Below are positions 13,601-26,135 of a stretch of DNA of 64,000 bases, piece by piece (the stretch's first letter is position 1; every line of letters starts with the position of its first letter). A program made the translations under genes and the position numbers. Source of the DNA: Phyllosticta citribraziliensis (lineage: Eukaryota); NCBI RefSeq assembly GCF_038025025.1, contig NW_027117345.1, forward strand, positions 1,612,001 through 1,676,000. The letters run 5' to 3'. Below the pieces are notes generated by a model. That model was given only the letters and a program-made list of their open reading frames with translations. It searched no databases and had not been told where the DNA came from.

Positions 13601-14359
13601 CCTCGACCAAGATCACCCGTCTGCTCGACATTCTCGACAAGGAGACACCTAACCACAAGGTCATCGTCTTCAGCCAGTTCACATCCATGCTCGACTTGCT
13701 GGAGCCATTCCTGCGCAACTCTGGATTTGACTTCACTCGCTACGACGGCAGCATGAGGAATGACCACCGTGAGGCAAGCCTTGAAAAACTGCGCAACGAT
13801 CCCTCTTGTCGCATTTTGCTCTGCAGTCTCAAGTGCGGTAGCTTGGGTCTGAACTTGACGGCAGCTTCTCGCGTAGTCATTCTTGAGCCCTTCTGGAATC
13901 CCGTAAGTTCATACGACCCATTATGGAAGTTTCATGATCATTTGCTAACCAGAGTTGCAGTTCGTCGAAGAGCAAGCCATCGACCGCGTGCACCGCATCA
14001 ACCAAACAGTCGACGTCGTCGTCTACAAGCTCACCATCTCTCGAAGCGTCGAGGAGCGCATCCTCGACCTGCAGGAAGCCAAGCGCAAGCTCGCCAACGC
14101 CGCCATCGAGGGCGGCAAGGCCATCAACAAGCTCAGCATGAAGGACATCATGAACCTCTTCCGCCGCGACGCCGAGCACGAACACCCCGTCGACGTCGAT
14201 CACGACAATTTCGCAAGCGGCTTCAAGGGCATGCTGGGCCACGCTGTCGGTGACTTTGAGGATCAGAGCGGCATGAGGGATTTACTGAAGAAGGGACGGG
14301 GCAAGAAGGAGAGGACGGAGGTTTCGCGTCATGAGCATGCGGTCTATGGACGTCGTTGA
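10632..14359 (+). CDS. SNF2-family ATPase, Rad5/16-like group (Uls1/Ris1-like); start uncertain (10632 or 11100)
   Basis: GGILADD|MGLGKT, DEAH, LTGTPMQN, LLLRLRQACNHP, VFSQF, GLNLT, PFWNP|FVEEQAIDRVHRI; introns 11955-12003 and about 13903-13960. Confidence 0.9.
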
Positions 14360-14877
14360 ACGCGGCAAAGGAGGCAATGGTTGTTTTTGGAGTTGGTTCT
14401 TGGGCGGGGAAATTGGCTTTACTGTTGGAGATTCCAAACGACGCTCACGAATGAAGAGTTTCATTCTGTAGACTTGGATTGATTGTCCAGAGACCAGACA
14501 AGTCCCTCTTTGATGAATGGTTTCAGACTCTACAAACTTGAAGAATCTTGGGCTCTGATCTATTCTGACTGTACAGGCCAGATGCCTATCGGATCATCCG
14601 TCCATGGGTGCTTCGCCCTTTCTGTTATGACCCCAACCACTTAGCCCCCTAGTCCGACATCGCTAACGGATCCAGCCACAGCCATCCAAGGCCATCTAGC
14701 GGTAAGGGCCATAGACTTTCTGGAGCTCTGCCGATGCTTCAGCAAGCGTGTGCCAGTCGGCAAAGCCGACTTATTTTGGCCGTGGGCAGAGCGTGTGGAC
14801 ACGAAGCTTTTCAAACGGCTTAAGAGTTATTTTTGAAAGATGAGTTGCAGATTCTGCCACGAGGTGCCGCGCCACTC

Positions 14878-16023
14878 TCACTCTGGGACCTGGAACATCT
14901 TCGTCTTTCCATAATGGCCACCCATCTTCTTCCGCATCTCAAGCGCTCTTTTGTATGGTGGCGCCGTGGGCGGCTGGACGGGATCGAGCGTCACTCTATC
15001 CTTGGGCAGGTGGTACGTGGCATCGGCGTCATACGCAGACAGGTCGCCGCAGGCCAGGAAGGGCGGGATCCAACGGATGTCAAAATCCTCCCCAGCGCGA
15101 GGTGCAGGATGGAGTTCCGTGATGCCATCCTCTCGCAAAACGCGCGACGACGAGTTGTCATTCGCCTCGCCCTCGGGCTGCAGCGTTGTGCCCGCGCCCA
15201 GCGGGTTGTCGAGCGACGCCTGGAAGCCTGCCGGCGGCTGAAATCCCTCGCATACGACAAAAGCCTCGAGACTGCTTGCTCGACTGCTGCGCGGCTTCGC
15301 CACACGGACGCGCTCAAAGACGATTTTGAGCTGCGCATACAGCAGGTCGACGTCCTTTCCGCGGAAGATTTTAGCGACGAATTTGCCACCGGGCTTGAGG
15401 ACGCAGAGCGCAAGGTTCAGCGCGGCCCAAAGTAGCTGTGATTGCACGTAGATGTCGAGGTCGTGGAGTCCGGTCACGTCGGGGGCACCGTCGCTGATGA
15501 CAAGGTCGACGGGATGCGACGCCGAAGTGGACGGATTGCTTGCATCGTACGTCTCCGGGTCCAGTGCCTTGAGCAGTAGCGGTACGGTGCTTGGGTGCGT
15601 GATGTCCGCCCTTAATGTTGTAATGCCCTCCAACGGCGCCATGGGCTGCAGGTCAATCGAGACGATCTTGACATCTTTCCGCGGCGCCGTTGCGGTGCCC
15701 AAGTGTTTGACCTGGGCATCCTCCTCTTCCCGCCTCAGGTCTGTCTCTGTGTTTGCGCTTGTCCCGTATACAGCTTGCTGCTCCCGCACCATTTTGTCTT
15801 CCCAGCCTGCGCGTCCAAACTTCTCGCCTTTAATCAGAATGCGAGAGAGTACTTGGCTCCAACTTCCGGGTGCGGCGCACAGATCGACAACTCGAGAGAC
15901 CCCAGCGAACAGATCAAATTCCTCGTCGATCTGCAGGAGTTTGTAGGCGGAGCGAGCGCGCCATCCTTGCTCTTTGGCCAGACGGTAGTAGGCATCGCGC
16001 TTGTCTTTGGATGATTTACCCAT
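14878..16023 (-). CDS. TRM7: tRNA (C32/G34) 2'-O-methyltransferase, FtsJ family
   Basis: MGKSSKDKRDAYYRLAKEQGWRARSAYKLLQ, VDLCAAPGSWSQV, SDGAPDVTGLHD, KPRSSRASS, VQPPTAPPYK. Confidence 0.95.
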   Translation of the reverse strand: MGKSSKDKRDAYYRLAKEQGWRARSAYKLLQIDEEFDLFAGVSRVVDLCAAPGSWSQVLSRILIKGEKFGRAGWEDKMVREQQAVYGTSANTETDLRREEEDAQVKHLGTATAPRKDVKIVSIDLQPMAPLEGITTLRADITHPSTVPLLLKALDPETYDASNPSTSASHPVDLVISDGAPDVTGLHDLDIYVQSQLLWAALNLALCVLKPGGKFVAKIFRGKDVDLLYAQLKIVFERVRVAKPRSSRASSLEAFVVCEGFQPPAGFQASLDNPLGAGTTLQPEGEANDNSSSRVLREDGITELHPAPRAGEDFDIRWIPPFLACGDLSAYDADATYHLPKDRVTLDPVQPPTAPPYKRALEMRKKMGGHYGKTKMFQVPE

Positions 16024-16288
16024 TTTATGGTTGGATCAATGGCTCGATGTCGAGGAAGGACGAGTTAGCCAAAGCGGCGAGGATTGGGAAGGATCGGATG
16101 GTGTCTGTCTGTAGGCGTTGGCCGCTGTGTGGTCGTGGTAGAGGTTGAAGGCGGTGGTGTTGCGGAGGTCGCGGGGGTTTTCCGCTAGTTAGGAAAAAAG
16201 TTCAGGTCGCGCGGGCGCGACTGCCCTGGCCGAGACCAAACAACTTCGCGCAAACCAACCCAAATCCACCGACAACACCACTTCAACC

Positions 16289-18729
16289 ATGTCGTCTGAG
16301 GGAAAGAAGAAGCTGCCTCCAAAGGTTGCTGCGATGAGGTCGCGCAAACGCCAAAAGGTCGAGTCGAATGGCGGCAATGCGGTTTCCGCTCCCAAGCCCA
16401 AGCCCGCGCCCGCTGCCAAAGGAAAAGTCCGTGTGGATGCACTGGATTGGAAATCGGTGGAGATGCCTGATCGTCTGGATGATTTTGAAGGGTTCTATGG
16501 GCTTGAGGAAATCGACGACGTCGACGTTGTTCGGCAAGACGATGGCCGAGTATCGTTCGCGAGGACAGAGAAAGCAGACAAGAACGACCGACAAGGACAA
16601 GACAAGAAGGCTGGCGAGAAGAGAAAAGCGGATGAAGTCGACGATCAAGTCCAGGAGAACGGCGAGGAAGAGGCAGAGTGGTCTGGATTCAGCGACAACG
16701 ACGAGCCTGCACCTGCGGTAGCGTCCGCCAAAGTAAATCCAGAGGACCATGTCGACGCGAAGAAGGTTCAGAAAAAGGAGAAGAACGATAAGAACAAGAA
16801 AGATAAGAAGGGAGACAAGAAGGAGAAAGACAAGCCTAAGACCAAGCAACAAAAACAAGAGAAATCTGTTGAAGGGAAAGTTGTTAGTGCTGGTCCCATC
16901 GGTACGGTCCCATTTGCAGGGTTGTTCGAAAATGAGGACGAGGATGAAATCGACACATCCGCATGGAATCCCCTAAACCTATCCGACGAGACCATGATTG
17001 CGCTTTCAAAGCTCAAGTTCGCAAAACCAACGACCATCCAATCTGCATCGATACCTGAAATTCTAGCCGGTCACGATGTAATAGGCAAGGCGGTCACTGG
17101 CTCTGGTAAAACTCTTGCATTTGGCATTCCGATTCTGGAAAGCTTTCTGGAAAAGAACAACAAGAAATCTACGTCTGGCGAGAAGTCGCCTTTGGCACTG
17201 ATTCTAAGTCCTACTCGAGAATTGGCGCATCAAATTTCCAAACACCTGACAACCTTGTACACCGCTGGATCATTTGACGGTCCTTCTATTGCCACCATCA
17301 CGGGAGGTCTTTCGGTTCAAAAGCAGCAGCGTACTGTCGAAACTGCCGATGTTGTCATTGGAACTCCCGGCCGGCTGTGGGAAATAATTAGTCAAGGTCA
17401 TGGGTTGCTGAAGCGATTCAAGAAGATCAAGTTTCTTGTGGTTGATGAGGCCGACCGCTTGCTCAGCGAGGGCCATTTCAAAGAGGTGGAGGAGATTATG
17501 AACGTCATTGACCGCCAGGATACGTCAGAAGAGGTCGAGGATGAAGTTGAAGAGTTTTCCGACCAGGACGAAATAGAGGAGGAAAAGGCTGAGCGGCAAA
17601 CGCTCGTCTTCTCTGCCACGTTCAACAAGGGTCTTCAGCAAAAGCTCACGGGCAAGTCAAAATGGCATGGAGAGTTGCTATCAAACAAGGAATCCATGGA
17701 GTACCTCTTGAAAAAGTTGAAGTTCAAGGAGAAGCCCAAATTCGTCGATGTCAATCCCATTTCTCAGATGGCAGAGGGCTTGAAGGAGGGACTTGTAGAG
17801 TGTGGAGCTATGGAGAAGGTGAGATTCCGGCCCGAAACATCTTTCCGAATGATCATTAATTGACCCTTGTGCAGGATCTCTATCTCTACGCTCTTCTCCT
17901 CCTCCACCCCAAAACGAGGACGTTGATCTTCACAAACAGCATTTCCGCCGTAAAGCGCCTTCACCCGTTCTTGACCAATCTGGGTCTCCCTACCTTGTCT
18001 TTGCACTCGCAAATGGCACAAAAGGCGCGTCTCCGTGCTGTGGAACGCTTCTCTTCGCAGCCGGATTCAATCCTCATTGCCACTGACGTGGCGGCCCGTG
18101 GTCTCGACATCAAGGGCGTACAGTTGGTCGTTCATTACCACTTGCCCCGAGCCGCGGACATGTACGTCCATCGCTCTGGAAGAACGGCAAGAGGAACGGA
18201 AACGGGCTCAAGTGTCTTGATTTGCTCGCCTGAAGAGGTTGCCGGTGTCAGAAGACTGGTAGCCAAGGTTCACAAGGACAACGACGGACCCCGGGCAAAC
18301 TACTACATGCGGAGTCTTGATATCGACCGACGTATCGTCAGCAGGCTCAAGCCCCGGGCAACTCTGGCCAAGAAGCTTGCGGACACGACGATCGCACAGT
18401 CCAAGTCCAACTCGTCGGAGAATGACCTGCTGAGGCAGGGTGCCGAGGATCTGGGTGTCGAATACGACTCGGAGGAGTTGGACAAAGCTATGGGAAAGTC
18501 TGGAAGGGGTAATGGGCGAAAGCTAAAGGAGCGCGAGGCGAAGAGCTTATCAAAGGATGAGGTGCAGGCCATGAGGGCTGAGCTCAAGTCGCTTTTGAGC
18601 CAGAGGGTTAATGTTGGTGTCAGTGAAAGGTACCTGACGTCTGGTGGCGTGGACGTGGATGCTCTTATTAAGAACGAGGAGACTAGGAGAGGAGAGTTTT
18701 TGGGGACGGTGGATAGCATTGGATTTTAG
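16289..18729 (+). CDS. MAK5: DEAD-box RNA helicase Mak5/DDX24
   Basis: GKAVTGSGKT, PTRELA, DEAD, SAT, HRSGRTAR; DDFEGFYGLEEI N-terminal motif; intron 17819-17874. Confidence 0.9.
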
Positions 18730-19094
18730 GTTGTGGTCCATATCCTTTCAGAATAGTCCTAGATCTGGTTCTGAATAAGAGTTGAATGATATCGTCCTTT
18801 TGTTGGCCAGACTGAAGAACAGGAAATTACGAATTACGACAAAGAATTCTGCAGTGAGCTGCTTCCGATAGACTCAGCGGAGTTCCAATACGGTCCAATA
18901 ATGACAAGAACGGAATCAAGGGAAATTGTGGTGTTGAGCAAAGGGCGGTGTGGCTGGGCGCGGGGTGTGGCGGGGCAGCACGGAAAAATATTTGAGGCGT
19001 GCAGGTGCATCATGACTCTTCTTGGGCGCCGCTCTCCAAAAACTACCGCTTCATCCACTACCTCAATCCTCTCCAGCTTCACACATTCGCAACT

Positions 19095-21052
19095 ATGGCG
19101 GACAAAGTCAAGGACGTCGTCGTTCCCATCGTCGAAAAGGTCACGGGCCAGTCCTCTGAGGGCGACGCCGCCCAGAACCTGCTTCTTGACGAAGTCACTG
19201 GAGAGCGCGTCTCCAAGACTGAGCGTTAGCACCAACTTTGCCGGCTCTTCCAAATTCCTTACTGACCCTCTCATAGTGAAGCGCCGCCAGAAGCAGCGTG
19301 AGAAGGACGCCAAGAAGGCGGAGAAGGCTGCTGCTGCCCCGCCAAAGGCGCAGAAGGAGAAGAAGTCGAGCGCCGAGGACGAGGAGAAGGAATTGACGCC
19401 CAACCAATACTTCGAGATCCGCAGCAGGACCATCAACAAGCTCCGCGAGACCCACGAACCGAACCCATACCCCCACAAGTTCCACGTCACGACCGACCTG
19501 CGCGAATTCCTCAAGGAATATGAGGGCCTCAAGACTGGCGAGATGCGCAAGGATGTCGAGGTTCGGATTGGCGCAAGAATCTACACAAAGCGTTCGTCTG
19601 GACAGAACCTGTGCTTCTACGATGTGCGCGCAGAGGGCGCTCGTGTGCAGGTCATGTGCCAGGCGCAAGAGTCGACGAGCTCTGTGCCCTTCCCCGTCCA
19701 GCACGAGAACCTGAGGAGAGGTGACATTGTTGGTATCGTCGGATTCCCGGGCCGGACGAACCCCAAGAACAGGGCTGAGGGAGAACTCAGCATCTTCGCC
19801 AAGGAGATGGTTCTGCTCGCACCCTGCCTGCACCAGCTGCCGGGTGAGCACTACGGCTTCAAGGACAAGGAGCAGCGTCACAGGAGGAGATATCTTGACT
19901 TGATCATGAACGACTCCACCCGCAACACCTTCGTCACCAGGTCTCGCATGATTACCTACATTCGCAAGTTCTTTGACGAAAAGGACTTCACCGAGGTTGA
20001 GACGCCCATGATGAACGCCATTGCAGGTGGTGCCACTGCCAAGCCCTTCAAGACCTACCACAACGACCTCAAGATGGACATGTTCATGCGTATTGCGCCG
20101 GAACTGTACCTCAAGATGCTGATTGTTGGTGGTATGGAGCGTGTGTACGAGATTGGTCGCCAGTTCCGCAACGAGGACATTGACCTGACGCACAACCCCG
20201 AGTTTACCACTTGCGAGTTCTACCAGGCCTTTGCCGACATGTACGACATTATGGACCTGACCGAGGAGCTGGTCTCCGGCCTGGTCAAGCACGTCACGGG
20301 TGGCTACAAGACCAAGTTCCACACGCAACATGGCGAGGAGTACGAGGTCAACTGGTCGCGCCCGTGGAAGAGGATAGAGATGATTCCGGCCCTTGAGGAG
20401 GCGCTCGGCGAGAAGTTCCCTCCCGGCGATGAACTGCACACCCAAGAGACCAACGAGTTCCTCAAGCGCATGCTCGTCAAGGCCAAGCTGGACTGCTCGC
20501 CGCCGTTGACCAACGCGCGTATGCTCGACGCGATGGTGGGCGAGTTCATTGAGGAGAAATGCATCAACCCGACCATGATCACGGGGCACCCGCAGATGAT
20601 GTCGCCACTGGCCAAGTACCACAGGCAACACAAGGGTCTGTGTGAGCGTTTCGAGGCATTTGTCTGCAAGAAGGAAATCGTCAACGCTTACACGGAGCTT
20701 AATGACCCCTTCGACCAGCGCATGCGCTTCGAGGAGCAGGCCAACCAAAAGGCCCAGGGCGACGACGAGGCCCAGATCATTGACGAGACTTTCTGCACCT
20801 CGCTCGAATACGGCCTGCCCCCGACGGGCGGCTGGGGCATGGGTATCGACCGCATGGTCATGTTCTTGACCGACAACTACTCGATCAAGGAGGTCCTCAC
20901 CTTCCCCATGATGAAGGAGGACAAGTCGCAGAGCGCTCAGCCCAAGGCCGCCGAGGTCGCTGGCGTTCAGCCCCTTCCCGAGGAGGGCATTGGTAAGTAT
21001 GCCGCATTTCTTCAATCCGCCCTGTTGCTGACTAAGTTTAGCCCACAAATAA
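19095..21052 (+). CDS. KRS1: Lysyl-tRNA synthetase (class II, cytosolic)
   Basis: [54 protein letters not shown]; introns 19225-19276 and 20993-21041. Confidence 0.96.
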
Positions 21053-21951
21053 GCTCATGACCGAGCAATTAAGCATAAAGCGAGTCTCCCGGACATGGCG
21101 TCAGACGGTGAAGGCCACACCTCCATCTCTGAGGCAGAACAAGAGATGGGCGAACAACCTCTGGGCTTGGATTTAGACGGGCATCATGCGTGATTGTACC
21201 GTTATGGAATGAAGGATTGATAGAGGCAGAAAAAAGGAACTCGTCAAAAATTTCCTTCTCTCAATCAAACGACATGTTTTACTTGTTTGCGATGCGGCCA
21301 GGCCAGCCTGTGAATTTGATGGATGACATGACGGTGAGCACATTTGCTAGTTATACCGCTTGCCTTCTTCGGCAGAGAAATATCCGTAGGCCGGTTCCAG
21401 TGAGTAGAGCCGTGTCCCTGTTTATGCGAATCATTCGACGGATCCGCAACTCCGCATCAACCGACGGAGCTGGTGGGGTTCGTCTCCAGGACCCTGTCCA
21501 AACAGGCAGCCAGTCTTCGGTCGAACGAGCCATCCAGACCAAGGGGGAGGCCGAAGGTACAGTTTGGGGTCTGATTCAAACGGATGGTTGAGTCACCGTC
21601 CCGAGGTGTCCCGGTAAAGAAAGAAAGCGGCGGTTCCGTTGGCAGAGCATGTTGGGGGCAGTTTCCTAATACGGACTAGCCGACAGGGATCCCCCACCTC
21701 GTAACGATAACGTCACAGGGCGGACGACAACAGCTATGTTCATTACGGTACTACCAAAGCCGCATGCCATTAACAACGTCGGAGAATCAGGCATCCTCCG
21801 GACTTAAAGACGACCTCAATTACTCATCAGGGTGTTGCGCATAAAACCTCCCAAGCACCAGTCGTCTCCACACCACCTCATTTCAATTCCAATCGCCATC
21901 ACAGACTCAAACACTCTTCCATCATCACAAGAGCTGGGAAATCAGGTCACC

Positions 21952-23327
21952 ATGGCTTCTTACGACACGATTCCATCTGCGGCAAAGACCAAACCAACGC
22001 CTTTCAAAGTAGAAATTCCTCAGGAGAAGCTACAGCAGCTCGAACAGCTTGTCAAGCTCTCACCGCTTGGACCCGAGACTTATGAGAATCTCTTTGAAGA
22101 TCGCAAATACGGCATCTCTCGCTCATGGCTCTCAAAAGCCAAGAAGGAATGGGAATCGTTCGACTGGTGCGTGGCACGACAGTCTCCTGCCTTTGGCCTT
22201 GCCCCGCACATCACATCATCACCACGACCAGCTGCGGTGCTGACGCGGGGAACAATCTAACAATTGGCCAGGCGTGCTCATGAAGCCCACATCAACTCGT
22301 TCCCTCACTTCAAGCTGCCCGTCACCGATGACGACGGCCGCAAGCACTCCGTCCACTTCGTTGCTCTCTTCTCCACCAACCCGTCTGCAATCCCCATTGC
22401 TTTCTTCCACGGCTGGCCTGGCTCCTTCCTCGAATTCTTGCCCATTCTCTCGCTGCTCAAATCTCGCTATAAGCCAGAAGAGCTCCCTTTCCATTTCGTT
22501 GTGCCCTCGCTGTCGGGGTACTCGTTCAGCGATCGCCCGCCCAAGGACAAGGACTGGACCATGAGCGATGAGGCGCGCATCATGGACAAGTTCATGCGCG
22601 AGTTGGGATTCGAAGCAGGCTACGTGGCCCAAGGCGGCGACATCGGCAGCTTCATCTCCCGCATTCTGGGCGCGGAGAAGGAGTCGTGCAAAGCTGTCCA
22701 CCGTAAGACCCCTTCTCAACTCCGTCTAGAGTCTCGACCAGAGCAGAAGAGAAGCTGACTGGCGGCCATTCAACAGTCAACTTCAGCCCGTCTCAAAAAC
22801 CCGACGGCGTCTCCGAAGACGACGCAAACGAGCTCGAAAAGAAGGGCCTGCAGCGCGGTTCCGAGTTCCAGCGGTCCGGCTTCGCCTATGCCATGGAGCA
22901 CGGCACGCGACCCGCGACCATCGGGCTCGTCCTGAGCTCGAGCCCCATCGCCCTGCTCTCCTGGATTGGCGAAAAGTTCCTGACGTGGACCGATGAGGAC
23001 CCGCCTACATCGGCCATCCTCGAGTCCGTCTCGCTGTACTGGCTCACCGACAGCTTCCCCACGAGCATCTGGTCGTACCGACAGCACTTTGGCCCGAACC
23101 AGGTCCCTGGTGGCGTCCATGGGTCGCCCAAGTACCGCCTCAACAAGCCCTTTGGCTTCAGCTTCTTCCCGTACGAGCTCATGGGCGTGCCCAAGTCGTG
23201 GGTTGCGGCCAATGGCGATCTGGTCTTTTATAGGCAGCATGAGAGTGGTGGCCATTTCGCTGCCATGGAGCAGCCTGAAGAGCTGTTGAAGGATGTGACG
23301 GACTTTGTGCAGCAGGTTTGGAAGTGA
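21952..23327 (+). CDS. Microsomal-type epoxide hydrolase (EHN + alpha/beta hydrolase)
   Basis: PFKVEIP N-terminus, HGWPGSFLEF oxyanion motif, AQGGDIG nucleophile elbow, GGHFAAMEQP; two introns. Confidence 0.93.
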
Positions 23328-23721
23328 GCGTGTCAGTCCTGCTGTGTGGAGAGGTCTGTTGATGATGCGACCAAAAGTGAAGATGGCCAATGATGCCCGT
23401 CTTTTCATGGAGGCTGGGAGCTGCAAGTGAGAATACTCCGCCATTGGCAAGGGAAAGGACACTCTGGAGCTCCTGATGGAAAATCAAAGGTAGTCGAGCA
23501 ATGGAACGAGAAACGATCTCAATGTACGTTTCCCAGAGATCTCTCAGGACTGTGATCCACATTCGAATGCGCATCTAAAGCAGGTAGGCCAATGATGAAG
23601 TGACATTATCAGTTGAGCTTCGAAGTTGATTCCAAGCCGACGAACATAATTTCATGCAATGTCCATGTTTCCTCATCGTTGAGCCCACAGCCACGTATAC
23701 TTTTATCCAAAAGCGAAAACC

Positions 23722-25676
23722 CTACAAACTCACAACCCCCGCCTCCAACACGCCCTGCTCGCCAATAAGGCCACCAACAACATCGTCGCCGACCATCCGA
23801 TCAATCCCCAGGATCATGAGCGCCTCGCGCGAATCCTTGCCGCTGGCCGCCTCCTCGTAGCTCTGCATCAACGGGGCGACAGTCATGGAGCTGATGTTGA
23901 CGCCGGCGGCGCCGAGGCGGTTGCCCACGAAGCCAATCTTGCCGCAGCTGTCGAAGTTGCGGCAGATGAGCAGCGTGCCCTCGGGGACGAAGTTGGCCGT
24001 GAAGCGGTCGAGCCGCGAAATGTACGGCGTGTTGGCCGACACGAAGCCCTGGATGACCTGCTCCTGCAGCGGGTTGCTGCGTTGTTCGGCTGCATCCGAA
24101 CTGTTGCGCGGGCTCGCGGGACTGAGCGGCACGCCACCACCACCACTACTGCCGCCGCCGCTGACGCCCCGCGTGAAGCTGGGCCGCTGCTGCTCTGCGC
24201 TGCGTGATGCTGATGTCGACCGCGAGGGCCGCGCGCGCAGCGTGACGGAGCTCGCGAAGCCCTTTTCTTCTGCGTCTTCTCGCGCACGCTGCTCGTTGAC
24301 CAGGATGCCGCGCTGCTGGGCTACCAGCTCGGCGTTGACGATGTTGACGTTGAGGCCTTCCGGGGAGCTAATTGGCGCGAGGAGGCCCTTGATCAGCGCA
24401 GCGAAGAGGGGCTTGGTCGTGTTCAGCGAGGCGATTTGCCCCTGGAGGGTCAGGTCGAAGGTTGTGCGGAAGTTGGTCGCCGCTGATCTTGCTTTGGGGC
24501 TGTAGTGCTGTGTGTATAGCGAGCCCATTCTTTCAATCAAGTCGACGTATGGCTGGAGAGTGCGATATTCTTCTGGCAGGATCAGGGGCGCGTTGACGGC
24601 GCTTCGGGGAAGATCGCCGGAAAGTATGGACACGACTTGCTGGCACACGTCTATAGACACGTTCTCCTGGGCCTCGACGGTGGAAGCCCCGAGGTGGGGA
24701 GTGGCTAGAACCTTTGGGTGTGCAACCAGTCTGGAAGCGGGAGAGTCTGGCTGCGGAGGTTCAGATGTAAAAACGTCGATTCCGGCGCCTCCTATCTTTC
24801 CTGCCTCGATTGCCTCGAGCAAAGCCTCTTCATCAATCACTCCGCCTCTTGCAACATTCAGTACTCTCGCAGTTGGTTTCATTTTGGCAAGCTCTGCTCT
24901 GCCAATCATTCCTTTGGTCGATGCGATCAAGGGGGTGTGGATGGTGAAGAAGTCAGCCGCGGTGAGCAAGTCGTCGAGACTGTCTTTCAGCTCCACTGAA
25001 GCAGAGGAGGCAAGCTGCGGGTTGGCATAAGGATCAAAGGCAATAACCTTCATTCCAAAACCATTGGCGATCCGAGCAACCGTCAGGCCCACTGTGAGAT
25101 GTTAGATATTGAAGAGGGTTGATTCGAATGGCCCACCTTTTCCGAGGCCAACGATTGCCAGACATTTCCCCTTGGCCTCCACTCCAACAAGCCGGCTCCT
25201 CTCCCACTTGCCCTGCTTGACACTGGCATAGGCATCGCCAATGTTTCTTGAGACTGCCATCATCAATGCAATCGTGTGCTCTGCAGCGGCATTGATGTTC
25301 CCAACCGGGCTGTTTACCACAATCACACCAAGCTGTGTCGCACTTTTGACGTCGACCTAGTAGCGAATCAGCCTCATCCCGAACCAAAGTATACAGTGGT
25401 ACAAGGTACATTGTCGACACCGACACCGGCTCTAGCGACGACTTTTAATTTCTTGGCAGCGGACAGCAAGTCTGCCGTCACTTTGGTTTCAGAGCGGACG
25501 ATCAAGGCCTCGTAGTCGTGAATGATGCTCTTCAACTCGTCTGGCGACAAGCCCTTGCGCTCGTGGACCTCGAATGCTTCCTGTAGCAACACGAGTCCAT
25601 CCGGTGACACTTTTTCTGGAATCAGGACTTTTGGTCGTGGGGCAGAAGAACCATTGCTGTAGATCGGAGTCGGCAT
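23722..25676 (-). CDS. D-3-phosphoglycerate dehydrogenase with C-terminal regulatory (ACT) domain
   Basis: RAGVGVDN|VDV, GNINAAAEHT, VGLGK|VG, NVARGG, TPHLGASTVEAQ; C-terminal ACT-like segment; two introns. Confidence 0.93.
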
Positions 25677-26135
25677 CGTGGGCTAACAATTATGGTTGCA
25701 GACAGCAAGTCGAGGATTCTCGCAAAGTATCCAACAGGTGGAGGAGACTAGGGTAGATTTTGGTGTCCCGGGTCCAGAGGTAGTTCTGTCAGGTGAGAAA
25801 AGACCTGCATCGAACTAAGAATGCGGGAGGGGGTGTACTCAAGCCGTCTTGCCCAATTGAGGGGCACAGCTGTGTTCCCCGCTCCCGCGCCCGACGCCTT
25901 GGGTGTCTGCGACTGGTTGTCAGGTACATCGTGGTTCTTGTACATGCATCCTAGTCCAAATGGCCAACGCACTAGAAGACCGTAGGCGCTCCGGTTAGTG
26001 TTCAAGTCCAAGACAAAATTAAATGTCGCAGATTGCGCGAGCAAATGTGGCGCGTTATGAGTTGCATTGCACTAGACGCTGGTCGCAAGATTTACATAAC
26101 CGCTGTACTGCTTTCGCAACTCTTCTTTCAACGCA

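Noticed and set aside
19195..21048. 617-aa antisense ORF over LysRS
   Set aside because: Mirror-frame shadow of a codon-biased gene; no recognisable motifs.
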